Part shown: positions 18,888-28,149 of the stretch, in pieces
Layout of the letters: each line of letters begins with the position of its first letter
How positions within the stretch are numbered: the first letter of the stretch is position 1
Virus record (IMG/VR): IMGVR_UViG_3300009506_000005
Span: 49,770 to 113,769 of that record
Direction: 5' to 3' (one strand)
Source: a virus
DNA length: 64,000 nt
Notes under the pieces: generated by a model
Told to the model about the DNA's origin: nothing
What the model saw: the letters and a program-made list of their open reading frames with translations, nothing else
Databases searched by the model: none
Program-made: the position numbers and the translations under genes

Positions 18888-19734
18888 TCACGACGAAAAC
18901 GGCGAGGGCTGCCTCCAGGAGAAGTGCCCCTACTGCGCTGAGGAGTACTGCCCGATCTGCCAGCCGTGCTTCGCCGCAGCCATCGCGGAGATCGCCGCCA
19001 AGGACGAGGTGATCGAGCACGCGCGCCAGGCCATCGAGGAGGCTGGCTTCCAGAGCATTCACGGCCTGGTCAAGGAGCTCAGCGTCAGGACCAAGGAGCG
19101 GGACGAGCTGAGCAAGCGCAACGAGTGGCTAGAGGAGCGCGTTCCGCATCCAGGGGCTCGGATCGCGTTGAAGGACATGGAGAAGGTGAAGGCCGAACTG
19201 GACGACCTGCGCAAGAGGAACGAGATCCTTCGCAAGGATAATCTTGAGGTCTCGATCGAGCGCTCGGAGAGTGACGAAGTCCGTCGCCGGCAGAAGATAG
19301 AGCTGGACCACGCGAAGCGGATGGCCGAGCGCCTACGCCGTGAGCGGAACGCGCGAGTCAACACGTCGGTCCTGGGCGCACTTTCCGAGGAACTGGAGCA
19401 GGACAACCGAGCGAGCGAGGCCAGCGAGGTCCGGAGCTTGATGCATGAGATCATCGCGGTCCGCGGTGCGAACTCCGGAGACCTGACCTTGCAGAACTCG
19501 ACGGTGGTTCGCGTTGGCGCTGTCCTTGTTGGTGATTCCGGAGGCATGCAGTGGGCTGTCCGCGCCACGGCCGTCGGACGCCAGTCGTTCCTTGGAATCA
19601 CGGTAGACTCCATGTGCGGCCTGAAACTTTCTGGAAGGGAGGAGCACTACACCATGACGCAGCCGATCACGTGGAGGCCATGGGAAGAGGTGTTCCCGGA
19701 TCGTTCAGAGCCCGAGGTCGCCGATGGGGAGTAA
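18880..19734 (+). CDS. Zn-finger + coiled-coil hypothetical protein
   Basis: CPYC..CPICQPC then heptads. Confidence 0.55.
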   Translation: MADHDENGEGCLQEKCPYCAEEYCPICQPCFAAAIAEIAAKDEVIEHARQAIEEAGFQSIHGLVKELSVRTKERDELSKRNEWLEERVPHPGARIALKDMEKVKAELDDLRKRNEILRKDNLEVSIERSESDEVRRRQKIELDHAKRMAERLRRERNARVNTSVLGALSEELEQDNRASEASEVRSLMHEIIAVRGANSGDLTLQNSTVVRVGAVLVGDSGGMQWAVRATAVGRQSFLGITVDSMCGLKLSGREEHYTMTQPITWRPWEEVFPDRSEPEVADGE

Positions 19735-19993
19735 GCCGACGCTCAGCTGCGAGCCCCCTGACCACGAAGCGTTTCACGAGGGGATGATCGCGAGCAAACA
19801 GAGCGATGGAGACCCTGGGGTTGTTTCGAACCCATACCCGAAAGGGACCGACAAGTGGTTCTCCTGGAACAGGGGCTGGAACACTCACTACGACAAGAAG
19901 TGGAAGGAGCCATCCTTCGAAGGCCTGCACCGCCAGGCCACGCCGGAGGAGATCGCGGAAGTGGAATCTCAATCTGGTTCAGCCGAGGGTTGA
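19724..19993 (+). CDS. Rmf-like motif protein
   Basis: AFHEG..A......NPY......W..GW. Confidence 0.5.
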   Translation: MGSKPTLSCEPPDHEAFHEGMIASKQSDGDPGVVSNPYPKGTDKWFSWNRGWNTHYDKKWKEPSFEGLHRQATPEEIAEVESQSGSAEG

Positions 19994-20018
19994 CCGCTCC
20001 ACGCTTCCCGGGTACTAT
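19990..20018 (+). promoter_or_regulatory. sigma70-like promoter
   Basis: TTGACC-N17-TACTAT. Confidence 0.55.
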
Positions 20019-20057
20019 CTGATCGCGTCGCTTGCCACGACGTCTCCTTTCATCGGG

Positions 20058-20100
20058 GGCGCCCCGGGTTTTCAGCCATTGCTCGGGGCGCCGTTTTTTT
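20058..20100 (+). terminator. intrinsic terminator
   Basis: GGCGCCCCGGG/CTCGGGGCGCC stem followed by T7. Confidence 0.75.
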
Positions 20101-20199
20101 GTATCCTGAAAGAAGAAGGGCCGGCCCTAATCGGTCGAGGTGAGATTGCTCTGGGAGAGCGGACCGAAGAGGGCCGGCCCGGCAGGGCTCTTCGAACTT

Positions 20200-20403
20200 C
20201 TAGCAGGCCACCGGGATGTCGAGCGGGCGCTTCTTGCAGTGCTTGCCGTTCCGCTCGCTGATCCCGTCCCTGTATCCACGCCTGTAGGCCCGGGCATACG
20301 CCCTCAGGGCTCGATCATTGAGGCGCCCCGTCTCCAGTGCGGGATCCATCGGCGCGCAGCTCAGCGCGTCTTCACGGCCTTTCTCATACGCTCTGCGGTT
20401 CAT
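20200..20403 (-). CDS. small protein with AYxxG repeats
   Basis: RAYEKGREDA ... AYRRGYRDG; GAAAGGAG SD. Confidence 0.5.
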   Translation of the reverse strand: MNRRAYEKGREDALSCAPMDPALETGRLNDRALRAYARAYRRGYRDGISERNGKHCKKRPLDIPVAC

Positions 20404-20666
20404 GACTTGGTCTCCTTTCCGAGAATCCAATCCAGGCCACGATCTATGTTGAGGTCGATCCTGGTCAGTGTTGAGAGTGATCTGCGGATCTTCGTCCGCT
20501 GCTCGCTGTCCACGGCGTTGGCGAGCTTATCTCCGAGCGCCTCCATGGCTACATCCAGGGCCTCGCGCACTTCTTCGAGCGGCAAGAGCCCATCTTCCTC
20601 CGGCTCTCCACCGTTCTCCCGCGCCTCCTCGATGCCCTGCATGTGGATCTCAGCTTCGATCTTCAT
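20400..20666 (-). CDS. hypothetical protein
   Basis: coupled ORF. Confidence 0.5.
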   Translation of the reverse strand: MKIEAEIHMQGIEEARENGGEPEEDGLLPLEEVREALDVAMEALGDKLANAVDSEQRTKIRRSLSTLTRIDLNIDRGLDWILGKETKS

Positions 20667-21042
20667 CTTTCAACTCCTTCATCGCTTGTTTCACAGCGGC
20701 CCACGCCTCTTCCTCTGTTCCGTATCCCTTACCGCTCAGGCCGTACTCCGTGTCGTATCCGGTGTGCCTGTGGAACGCCCAGTAGCGCCAGCCCACAGCC
20801 AGGTGGAGCAGGCGCACGGCGAAGACCGGCTCACAGCCGGCCGCCACGTTCTCGCACGCTGCGATCACCGATGGCAGGTCGCCGCCGTGGATCTTTTTGA
20901 GATCGTGGCCCTTGGCGATCCACTCCTCGCCCTGGCCGCTTCCGATCCAGATATCGTTCTCACGAACGATCTCGAACATGAATCCGGCGCTCTCGCCGGT
21001 TGCGCGAGCCTTGTTGTGGTATGTCCAGTTGATGAGGTCCAT
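20650..21042 (-). CDS. hypothetical protein
   Basis: coupled ORF with SD. Confidence 0.55.
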   Translation of the reverse strand: MDLINWTYHNKARATGESAGFMFEIVRENDIWIGSGQGEEWIAKGHDLKKIHGGDLPSVIAACENVAAGCEPVFAVRLLHLAVGWRYWAFHRHTGYDTEYGLSGKGYGTEEEAWAAVKQAMKELKDEDRS

Positions 21043-21045
21043 CGT

Positions 21046-21912
21046 TCACTCCCCGTTCCCACACACACGGAGATGGGATCCCATGGACCCCTGGTACTTC
21101 TTCCAGTCGCCCTCAGCCACGCGAGAATAGCCACGGACGCGATCCCGATGCAGGGTGTAGGTCTCCACCACCTCGCCGCCCTCCAGCTCAATCTCGCGCC
21201 TCTGATAGAACGCGGGGTGCCCTTCAAGTCGATCAAGCATCTGGAGAACCTCGGCGTTCACCTCGTAGAGCTCGCCCACCACCGATTCGTCTTCGAGGTC
21301 CTCGCGCTCCACCATGCCGGGGTAGGCGCCGAGATCGTAGAGTGCGAAGCCACCACGAGTCCGTGCCCGGCCAACGAACTTGGCGCCCGGTCCGGCGAGC
21401 AGGGGATGGTTATGAAGTCCCCTGAGGAGCGAGCCGTAGACGAAGACCACGCGCGGCGCGAACGCCCGGCCAACGGCATCGCGAAGCGCGGAGACGCCGA
21501 TCCCATGGTCTCGGCAGCCGCGCTTGATTATCGCTACATACGATGAGGAAGGCGGGGACTCCGTCTCGCCATCGTCGCGCACGTAGGTGATCGCCTTGTG
21601 CTCTCGTCCCTGATCGTCATGAACGATGATCGCCGTCTGAGCGTAGCAACCGGAGTTCGCTCCCTCGTATCTGTCCAGCGTCTTCACCTGGTCCGGAGTC
21701 AGGCGGTAGAGAACTCCGGGCACGCTGTTCCCTTCCTCGGGACGAATCGTCGCCGGCGCGCCTCCCCACGTTCCAGCATAACCAGCGAAGGCCAGGCGAT
21801 GATCGCGGAGATGGGCAACGGGCCCTTGGAGCACATCTCCCAGGCGTCTCCGGATCTGCTTCGTGGAGAGATTCGAGCCATACGCGAAGTAGTTGGTCAG
21901 CTTTCCCTTCAT
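21046..21912 (-). CDS. tandem gamma-glutamylcyclotransferase (GGCT/AIG2-like) double-domain protein
   Basis: YFAYGSNL...LDRYEG and VFVYGSLL...LDRLEG. Confidence 0.88.
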   Translation of the reverse strand: MKGKLTNYFAYGSNLSTKQIRRRLGDVLQGPVAHLRDHRLAFAGYAGTWGGAPATIRPEEGNSVPGVLYRLTPDQVKTLDRYEGANSGCYAQTAIIVHDDQGREHKAITYVRDDGETESPPSSSYVAIIKRGCRDHGIGVSALRDAVGRAFAPRVVFVYGSLLRGLHNHPLLAGPGAKFVGRARTRGGFALYDLGAYPGMVEREDLEDESVVGELYEVNAEVLQMLDRLEGHPAFYQRREIELEGGEVVETYTLHRDRVRGYSRVAEGDWKKYQGSMGSHLRVCGNGE

Positions 21913-21949
21913 CGGTCTACCTTTCTGGCCGCTTGCCCGGCCGTCGTTC

Positions 21950-22897
21950 CTATTCGGTTCGGAATGGACGCTCGGAGAGCAGTTCCCGTGCCGTGGCGAA
22001 TGCTGCCCCAACCATCCCGGAGTGGACCATCATGAGCCTGGCGCTCTCCCTCGTCACCTTCTCGTTCTGAGCGCAGCGGGCGCGCTTGTTGTTGATGGCG
22101 CGCGCCGAGAGAGCCGTCACGAGCTGGACCCAGCTCTTCACGTAGCCAGCGTGAAGGGTGCGGCTCTTGAAGTTGAAGCAGCGGAACTCCACCGTGCGGC
22201 CACCGGTGTTGAAGAAGGCGTGGAGATTCAGAGAGCGATACCGGGAGCTGTCATAGTGGCGAACGTCACGAGCGCCCTCGAACGAGTAGCAGCGGTAGTG
22301 GTTCTCCCAGTCACGGCCGTACCATTCGCGGCAGAGCTTGTCGAGGGTGATGCCGCGCATGCCCTTCACCTTCGAGATGAAGTCTGCGGGAGAAGTCTGG
22401 CACCACCTGCGGATGCGGTCCTGGCGAGCGCCGATCATCCGAAGAGCCAGCCTCTCGTTGGAGTACCAGATCTTGACGAGGCGCCCGAGAGCCGAAGGAT
22501 CCTGCTTGAATTTCTCGCCGCCCACGTGGATGTGGACTCCGCAGCTGTTGTCGTTGCGCGCGCCAGCCTCGCGAAGAGCCCTGACGATCTTCTGGAGCAT
22601 CTCCATGTCATCGTCCTCTCCTGTGATTCCCTTGAGGACCGGGGAGACAACCTCGCCGCCCATCGGAGAGCCGTCAGCCACGCTGCCATCGTACATGACG
22701 ATCCAGTCGCGCCCGTCTGCCATCCGCACACCGTACTTGTCATAGAACCCTCCGATGTGGTGAACCGTGCCATTCACCGTCTCGGCGATGACGCTGGCCG
22801 CGCGGGACTTGGTGAGGCCCACATATTCGATCTCAACGCCGTAGGTCAGCTCGTTCATCGTCTCGAAGTTGGCAGCGTTATTGTGAGTGCTGGTCAT
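21950..22897 (-). CDS. putative amidoligase (COOH-NH2 ligase, Amidoligase_2-type)
   Basis: TYGVEIE, DGS, EVVSPVL, SCGVHIHVG, RYRSLNL, TVEFR. Confidence 0.9.
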   Translation of the reverse strand: MTSTHNNAANFETMNELTYGVEIEYVGLTKSRAASVIAETVNGTVHHIGGFYDKYGVRMADGRDWIVMYDGSVADGSPMGGEVVSPVLKGITGEDDDMEMLQKIVRALREAGARNDNSCGVHIHVGGEKFKQDPSALGRLVKIWYSNERLALRMIGARQDRIRRWCQTSPADFISKVKGMRGITLDKLCREWYGRDWENHYRCYSFEGARDVRHYDSSRYRSLNLHAFFNTGGRTVEFRCFNFKSRTLHAGYVKSWVQLVTALSARAINNKRARCAQNEKVTRESARLMMVHSGMVGAAFATARELLSERPFRTE

Positions 22898-22959
22898 CGT
22901 GGCCTCCGTGTTCCCGTTGCGCGTCATGCCCTAAGATTATGCATGGTTCATGCCATGTT

Positions 22960-23133
22960 TGCACAACGCTTGAACACTCGAAAAGTTCAATAATTTCGAG
23001 AAAAGGATCAGGGATCGATCACGTCTCGTTGCACGGCTGTGTGGTGATTCTGCGACGGTGAGACATGTGGTTTTGTGTAGTATGATTGCTAAATGTTCAA
23101 GCATTGTGCATTGTTGATGTACAACACTTGAAC
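22960..23133. promoter_or_regulatory. three 16-bp operator-like repeats
   Basis: TGyACAAyrCTTGAAC at 22960(+), 23095-23110(-), 23118(+). Confidence 0.6.
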
Positions 23134-23169
23134 CAAGACAATTTTGTCAGCTGCTATGAAAAGATTGCA

Positions 23170-23439
23170 CTACGCTTGTGCACGGTCACTTGAGAGCTTG
23201 TTCGCGGTGAATATCGCGTTGATTTCCTTGCGGATTTTTAGAGTAGAGCAGAGTCTTGCTGCTCTGTTCCTCGGGATTTCGAGCTTCTCGGCGAGGCCGC
23301 CGATCGTCGTCACGTCCGGGTCCCTTGCAGCCTTGATGATGACCTCGATCGCCGTTCCTTCCATGGTCCTGTCGAAGTAACTGTCCGAACCAGCTGCGAA
23401 TTTCAGTGCTCTTCCAAGGTTCCTGTCGCTCTTCTTCAT
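23170..23439 (-). CDS. small HTH protein, paralogue of 13902-14144
   Basis: TIGGLAEKLEIPRNRAARL; GGAGGTG SD. Confidence 0.6.
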   Translation of the reverse strand: MKKSDRNLGRALKFAAGSDSYFDRTMEGTAIEVIIKAARDPDVTTIGGLAEKLEIPRNRAARLCSTLKIRKEINAIFTANKLSSDRAQA

Positions 23440-23587
23440 CCACTCACCTCCGCATCGGGTAATGCAGACAGCGTGCCAGGATGTCTCTGGCACGACGATT
23501 GCACAGCAATTGTGCATTGAGAGGCGAGTGAAAAGGCTTGCTTTTCGTGTTTCACTGTGAAACACTATCGAGCGCGAAGGAGGGCGG

Positions 23588-23845
23588 ATGATCGGACTCT
23601 GGATCTACCTTGGGATCGGCGTGCTTTGCGGGATTGCGTGCTTGGTTCTCCACGCCTACGTCAGCTTTCAGGCATGGAAGCTGAGCCGCACAACCGAGGC
23701 GAAGCTGGGGAAGCATGTCGATGTCCACCTCATGGATCAGTTCTCCATCCTGGAGCTCACCGTGGTCATCTTGCTTTGGCCGGCTGTAGCCGGCGGTGTC
23801 GTTGCGAGGATCGCGATGATGAGGATCAAGAAACGTGGCGGATGA
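23588..23845 (+). CDS. membrane protein
   Basis: two hydrophobic segments, LLWP motif. Confidence 0.55.
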   Translation: MIGLWIYLGIGVLCGIACLVLHAYVSFQAWKLSRTTEAKLGKHVDVHLMDQFSILELTVVILLWPAVAGGVVARIAMMRIKKRGG

Positions 23846-24095
23846 ACTGCATAAGCCGGACCGGTGCGGATGGTGCGGCAGTGTGACCGGACGCCTGCAC
23901 TGGTTCGGGAGAGCGTTGGCCTGGGTCTGCTACCGCTGCTTTCATGGTAGTGAGTACGACAGGCGCAAGGAGGCGGGTGAGTTTGATGACTGAGTTCCTG
24001 AGAACGGCGTCCCTCTGCATCCTGATCCCCATCGGTGTCGTTCTCTTGTTCGGCATCGTGTCCGAGATCGTCCAGGCGATCTGGAGGAGGCTGCG

Positions 24096-24419
24096 ATGAG
24101 CGATCTCTCAGAGAACCTGGCCCGGATTGTCGGGCTCAAGAATGGGAGGATCGAGGAGCTGGAGAAGGCGATCGGAGCGATCGCCGGCGCCATGAAGGCG
24201 GATGAGGAGAGCGGGATCGCCGTCGTGGGCGCCGCCCCGAAAACGTGGGAGGCGATCCTGGACGCGGTGGAGGCCCTGAACTTCACCCAGATGGACGCCG
24301 GAAGGTGGGGAAGGGAGCGGGCCGAGCTCGAAGCGAGGATTGCCGAACTGGAGACGCAGCTCCAGCAACTCAAGGCAGATGCAGTCCAGGCCATCGCGCC
24401 CAGCGCGGGAGACGCATGA
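24096..24419 (+). CDS. hypothetical protein
   Basis: GGAGGAGG SD. Confidence 0.5.
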   Translation: MSDLSENLARIVGLKNGRIEELEKAIGAIAGAMKADEESGIAVVGAAPKTWEAILDAVEALNFTQMDAGRWGRERAELEARIAELETQLQQLKADAVQAIAPSAGDA

Positions 24420-24451
24420 AACAGCGGGTGAGAACCCGGGAAGGAGACGCA

Positions 24452-24697
24452 ATGGAGAACTCGAAGAGGCAGACGAGGCGTGGCAACCTCATCCGCATCG
24501 AGGAGAAGGAGGGCGGCCAGTACGTGAAGGCGGAAATACTGGACAAGGTGGCCCGGGAGGTGCGCGGCCTCATAGATGCGTGGGACGGATGCGGTGGCTG
24601 CGCCAACGAGAAGATGACGGTTGAGATGAGCGCAGCTATCGCGAACGCGCGGGCCATGGTCAAGGCGATCGACGACGCCTTCGCCGCGGAGGGGTGA
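24452..24697 (+). CDS. hypothetical protein
   Basis: AAGGAG SD. Confidence 0.45.
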   Translation: MENSKRQTRRGNLIRIEEKEGGQYVKAEILDKVAREVRGLIDAWDGCGGCANEKMTVEMSAAIANARAMVKAIDDAFAAEG

Positions 24698-24698
24698 C

Positions 24699-25187
24699 AT
24701 GAGCGAGAAGAAGCAGGAGAAGCGGATTGAGGAACGGCACTGCACGGAGCTCGATCTGGAAGCCGAAGACGTTGGGCCGATCGCCGCAGCTTTCACGAAG
24801 GAGATCAAGCCGATCGTCGATCAAATGCGCGAGAAATGCGTGGAGCTGAACATCCCGTTCTTCACCTCGTTCGTGCTCGACAGAAGGGATGATCTCGGTG
24901 GCGTCGCCTCAGCGAACCTCATCTACTACGGGGCCGTTGGAGAGGACGACAAGCCAAGGGATGAGGATCGCGCTCTTCCCATGAGCAAGCTTGCCCGCGT
25001 CGTCATCGATGGCTGGCAGCCGCTTCCGCCGCAGATGGCGGCGAACGCCGTGCGGGCAGAGGCCGCGAAGAAAGCCCTGGAGCCGGTGCTGCGCGAGGTG
25101 CTGTCGAGGCACACGGACTGCGACTGCGAGATGTGCCAGGCGGCGCGCGGGGCACAGGATGCCAGGGACAAGGATCTGATCAACTAG
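24699..25187 (+). CDS. hypothetical protein
   Basis: EIKPIVDQMREKCVELNIPF. Confidence 0.55.
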   Translation: MSEKKQEKRIEERHCTELDLEAEDVGPIAAAFTKEIKPIVDQMREKCVELNIPFFTSFVLDRRDDLGGVASANLIYYGAVGEDDKPRDEDRALPMSKLARVVIDGWQPLPPQMAANAVRAEAAKKALEPVLREVLSRHTDCDCEMCQAARGAQDARDKDLIN

Positions 25188-25196
25188 GGAGGTGGG

Positions 25197-25586
25197 ATGA
25201 GCAGGAGGAAGACGCGGCGCCGGCGCCTTGCTGAGATCGAGGGCAGGCGAGAACAGCGCGCCGAGGAGAAGAAGCGCGAGCAGAAGCTGGCCTACCAGAA
25301 GTGGAAGTCAGCGACGAAGATCGTGAAGCTCTCCATTCGTGGCCGGGTCCCGGAGGATATCCCGTCGAAGCTCCGTGCGAAGGTTCCAGGGCTCTTCATG
25401 ACTAGGCAGCACACGATCACAGAGAAGCTCGGCGAGTGGAACGAGGCCGCACGGGAGAAGGGTGAGGAGGAGCACTCGCTGGAAGATGCCATGGCTCAAT
25501 ACGTGATGGAGTGCGTGGGCAATGGAGACCTCAGCCCCCTCGAAGGAGAACCCGAGAAGGGCGACCTGATCGTTGTCCTGAGGTAG
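25197..25586 (+). CDS. basic hypothetical protein
   Basis: GGAGGT SD. Confidence 0.55.
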   Translation: MSRRKTRRRRLAEIEGRREQRAEEKKREQKLAYQKWKSATKIVKLSIRGRVPEDIPSKLRAKVPGLFMTRQHTITEKLGEWNEAAREKGEEEHSLEDAMAQYVMECVGNGDLSPLEGEPEKGDLIVVLR

Positions 25587-25589
25587 GTG

Positions 25590-25826
25590 ATGGGGCTGGA
25601 GACCGTCCAGGCGAAGCCAGGGGATCGGGTGGACGTAGAGCGCTTTGAGCGCCTGCGAGAGGAGCGGGGATTCAGCTACTCGCAGGTGGCCGGATCCCTT
25701 GGTATTTCACGGGCCACGCTCTGGCGGCGCCTCAACGGGACCCATCCATTCCGGCGCCTGGAGATACAGCGCCTCGCCGAGGTGTTCGACGCCAACGTAG
25801 CTTGGCTTGTGGGCCGCGATGGTTAG
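25590..25826 (+). CDS. XRE/Cro-family HTH regulator
   Basis: LREERGFSYSQVAGSLGISRATLWRRLNG...LAEVF...WL. Confidence 0.85.
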   Translation: MGLETVQAKPGDRVDVERFERLREERGFSYSQVAGSLGISRATLWRRLNGTHPFRRLEIQRLAEVFDANVAWLVGRDG

Positions 25827-25878
25827 AGTATGGTATGATCATACCGTGCGCTGCTCGATGCGGCGAAGGAGGATCGTC

Positions 25879-26331
25879 ATGGACCTGGAGATGAAGGAGA
25901 TCCGCGCGTGCCCCGCGTGCCGAGGCAACTCCTTGACCGCGGCCCGGGTATTCAGTGACGGAGTGAACTGGAGAGCTGTCGTGATCTGCAAAAACTGTGG
26001 GATCCTCAGAGATGGATCCGAGCAGTACGATGACGAAGCAGAGGCTCGCCTTGTGCTAGCCTCCGTGCCACTGCCTCCGATTCAAGGCGGCGTCCGAGTG
26101 AGATGGCAGACGCCTGGGTGCGGGCCGCGCAGGTGCCAGCGAGAGGGTACTATTGTTGCCTGGGTTCCGGCTTTCAAGGATGCTGGGTCGTTCCTTCCGG
26201 ATGACGGCGACAGGAGGATGCTGCGTTCCAGGGCCCTCGCCAGCCAGCCGCGATACCTGATCGCCGTGGACAGGGGTGGCGTGACGGAGTACATGACCGC
26301 GCCAGCAAACTGGGTCGAGGTCAACCGTTGA
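25879..26331 (+). CDS. Lar-like Zn finger fused to unknown domain
   Basis: ACPAC...VICKNCG. Confidence 0.5.
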   Translation: MDLEMKEIRACPACRGNSLTAARVFSDGVNWRAVVICKNCGILRDGSEQYDDEAEARLVLASVPLPPIQGGVRVRWQTPGCGPRRCQREGTIVAWVPAFKDAGSFLPDDGDRRMLRSRALASQPRYLIAVDRGGVTEYMTAPANWVEVNR

Positions 26332-26456
26332 TCGGCTACCTCATCGCGTTCGCCGCGATCATCTTCCTCACAATCGGAGGTCTTGCGGCAGAGGATGTCA
26401 TGGAGTCACGGAAGCGCCGGCGCGACGACGCGCGACTAGGTAAAGGGAGGTGAAGT

Positions 26457-27137
26457 GTGAAGAATGATCGAGTGGCAGCCGATAACTACCCCACTCCAGA
26501 GGGGCTCGCTGCGTGGATTGCGGACCATGCGCTGACCGAGTTCGAACGCTGGAAGCAGGCGAAGAGAGACGTGATCGAGTTTCTGGAGCCTGGGTGCGGG
26601 GAGACGGCACCGTTCGCGAGACACGCAAACGAACGCGATGACGTGCACGCAACGGCCATCGAGTTGCGGCCGATCGACGTCGAGGCCATCTGTCAGTTAC
26701 CAGGTGGGAGCGGGCTGAGCGTGGCGCATGACCAGGACTTTCTCGATCGGGCGTCTTCGTTCTTCGAGAAGCGGCGTGGGATCGTTGACGTGATCGCAGG
26801 GAACCCTCCGTATGCCTACGCCATGCAGTTCGTCAAGGCGAGCCTGGAGCTCCTCGCCCCGGATGGCGTGGCGTCCTTTCTCCTGCGTCTCGGGTTCCTG
26901 TCCTCGAAGGCGAGGCGCGAGTTCTTCGCCGAGATGCCACCTACCATCGTGACGGTTCTCCAGCGCCGGCCATCCTTCGTTCATGGCAAGACGGACTCCC
27001 AGGAGTACGCGGTGATGACCTGGTTCGGGAACGCGACCCAGGGACTACGCGATCCTCATGAGATGAGATCGTCACCCCTGCTCAAGTGGCTGGACAACTC
27101 GCAGATCCCCAACGGAGCGAAGCACCCCAAATATTAG
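26457..27137 (+). CDS. SAM-dependent DNA amino-methyltransferase
   Basis: DNYPTP, FLEPGCG, NPPY. Confidence 0.85.
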   Translation: MKNDRVAADNYPTPEGLAAWIADHALTEFERWKQAKRDVIEFLEPGCGETAPFARHANERDDVHATAIELRPIDVEAICQLPGGSGLSVAHDQDFLDRASSFFEKRRGIVDVIAGNPPYAYAMQFVKASLELLAPDGVASFLLRLGFLSSKARREFFAEMPPTIVTVLQRRPSFVHGKTDSQEYAVMTWFGNATQGLRDPHEMRSSPLLKWLDNSQIPNGAKHPKY

Positions 27138-27772
27138 CAGGGCAAGTTGTCGATAGCTGATCGGACACGGTCATCGCTCGGAGCTGCGTAGATGGTTGTC
27201 GTGTGGATGTCCGCATGCCTGGCAAACCGCTGGGTGAGCCTCAGGTCACCCGCCTGTTCGTAGACATTCTGGATCGCCGTGTGGCGCAGGGCGTGGAAGG
27301 TGAAGAGCGGGTCGGAGAATCCAGCGCGCCGTTGCATCTTGCGCCAATTGTGACGCAGGGTGCGAGTGCTGATCGGAGTCCCCCTAGACGTTGTGAAGAG
27401 TGGGGAATCGCTCCTCGTTGGCTCAAGCATTCTCTTCTTCCAGGAGATGAACTTCGAGAGCTTCGTCCTGAGCTTCTCCGGGACGAACACCTCCTGGACG
27501 TTCGGCGAGCTCTCCCTGCTCTTTCCCTTGAACGTGCGCAGACGAATGCGGTCCCGGACTCCGCGATCTGCGCGGTAGACGTCTCCGATGGAGAGGGCGG
27601 CGATCTCATGCTCGCGGAGGGCCGTGCCGAGGGCGATGGAGACTACCATGTGGTCCCGGTACCAGAGATCCACGGTTCCCTCGTTCGTCCCCATGATCAT
27701 GGGGCTGAGGACCCTCTTTTGCTCCTCGGCCGTGAGAGTGCGTGGAGCCCGCTGTCGTGCTCGCTCGATCAT
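27134..27772 (-). CDS. tyrosine recombinase (catalytic domain only)
   Basis: GTALR, K, HALRH, RH...TTTIY. Confidence 0.9.
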   Translation of the reverse strand: MIERARQRAPRTLTAEEQKRVLSPMIMGTNEGTVDLWYRDHMVVSIALGTALREHEIAALSIGDVYRADRGVRDRIRLRTFKGKSRESSPNVQEVFVPEKLRTKLSKFISWKKRMLEPTRSDSPLFTTSRGTPISTRTLRHNWRKMQRRAGFSDPLFTFHALRHTAIQNVYEQAGDLRLTQRFARHADIHTTTIYAAPSDDRVRSAIDNLPC

Positions 27773-28137
27773 GACCTACCTCCTCTTCCGGGGATGCGGT
27801 CCGCGCGGACGACAGAGACGTTCTCGTGACTCACGAGCAGACACGAGCCGTTGACGTTGACGGTGAGCGCTGTGAGCTGTGCCAGATACTCCGGCGAGCC
27901 ATAGCACCACCCCTTGCTTCCAGCGAACGGTCCGCCGGTGATGAGGACAGTCGTCCTCCACGGGGGCAGCATCCTGAGGCAGTTGGCCCGTGGCCACGCA
28001 ACCCCGCCTCCTTCGAGTTTCACGCCGACGCGCTGGGCTAGCCTGGCCCGGCGCTCGATCTCCATGGGGGCGAGCTGGACGATACCTGATCGCCCCGCGT
28101 GCTCCCCGTTCTCGATCCTGACTTGCGTCTGTTCCAT
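27769..28137 (-). CDS. protein with two KOW-like motifs
   Basis: VRIENGEHAGRSG and VLITGGPFAGSKG. Confidence 0.5.
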   Translation of the reverse strand: MEQTQVRIENGEHAGRSGIVQLAPMEIERRARLAQRVGVKLEGGGVAWPRANCLRMLPPWRTTVLITGGPFAGSKGWCYGSPEYLAQLTALTVNVNGSCLLVSHENVSVVRADRIPGRGGRS

Positions 28138-28149
28138 CGGAATCTCCTT

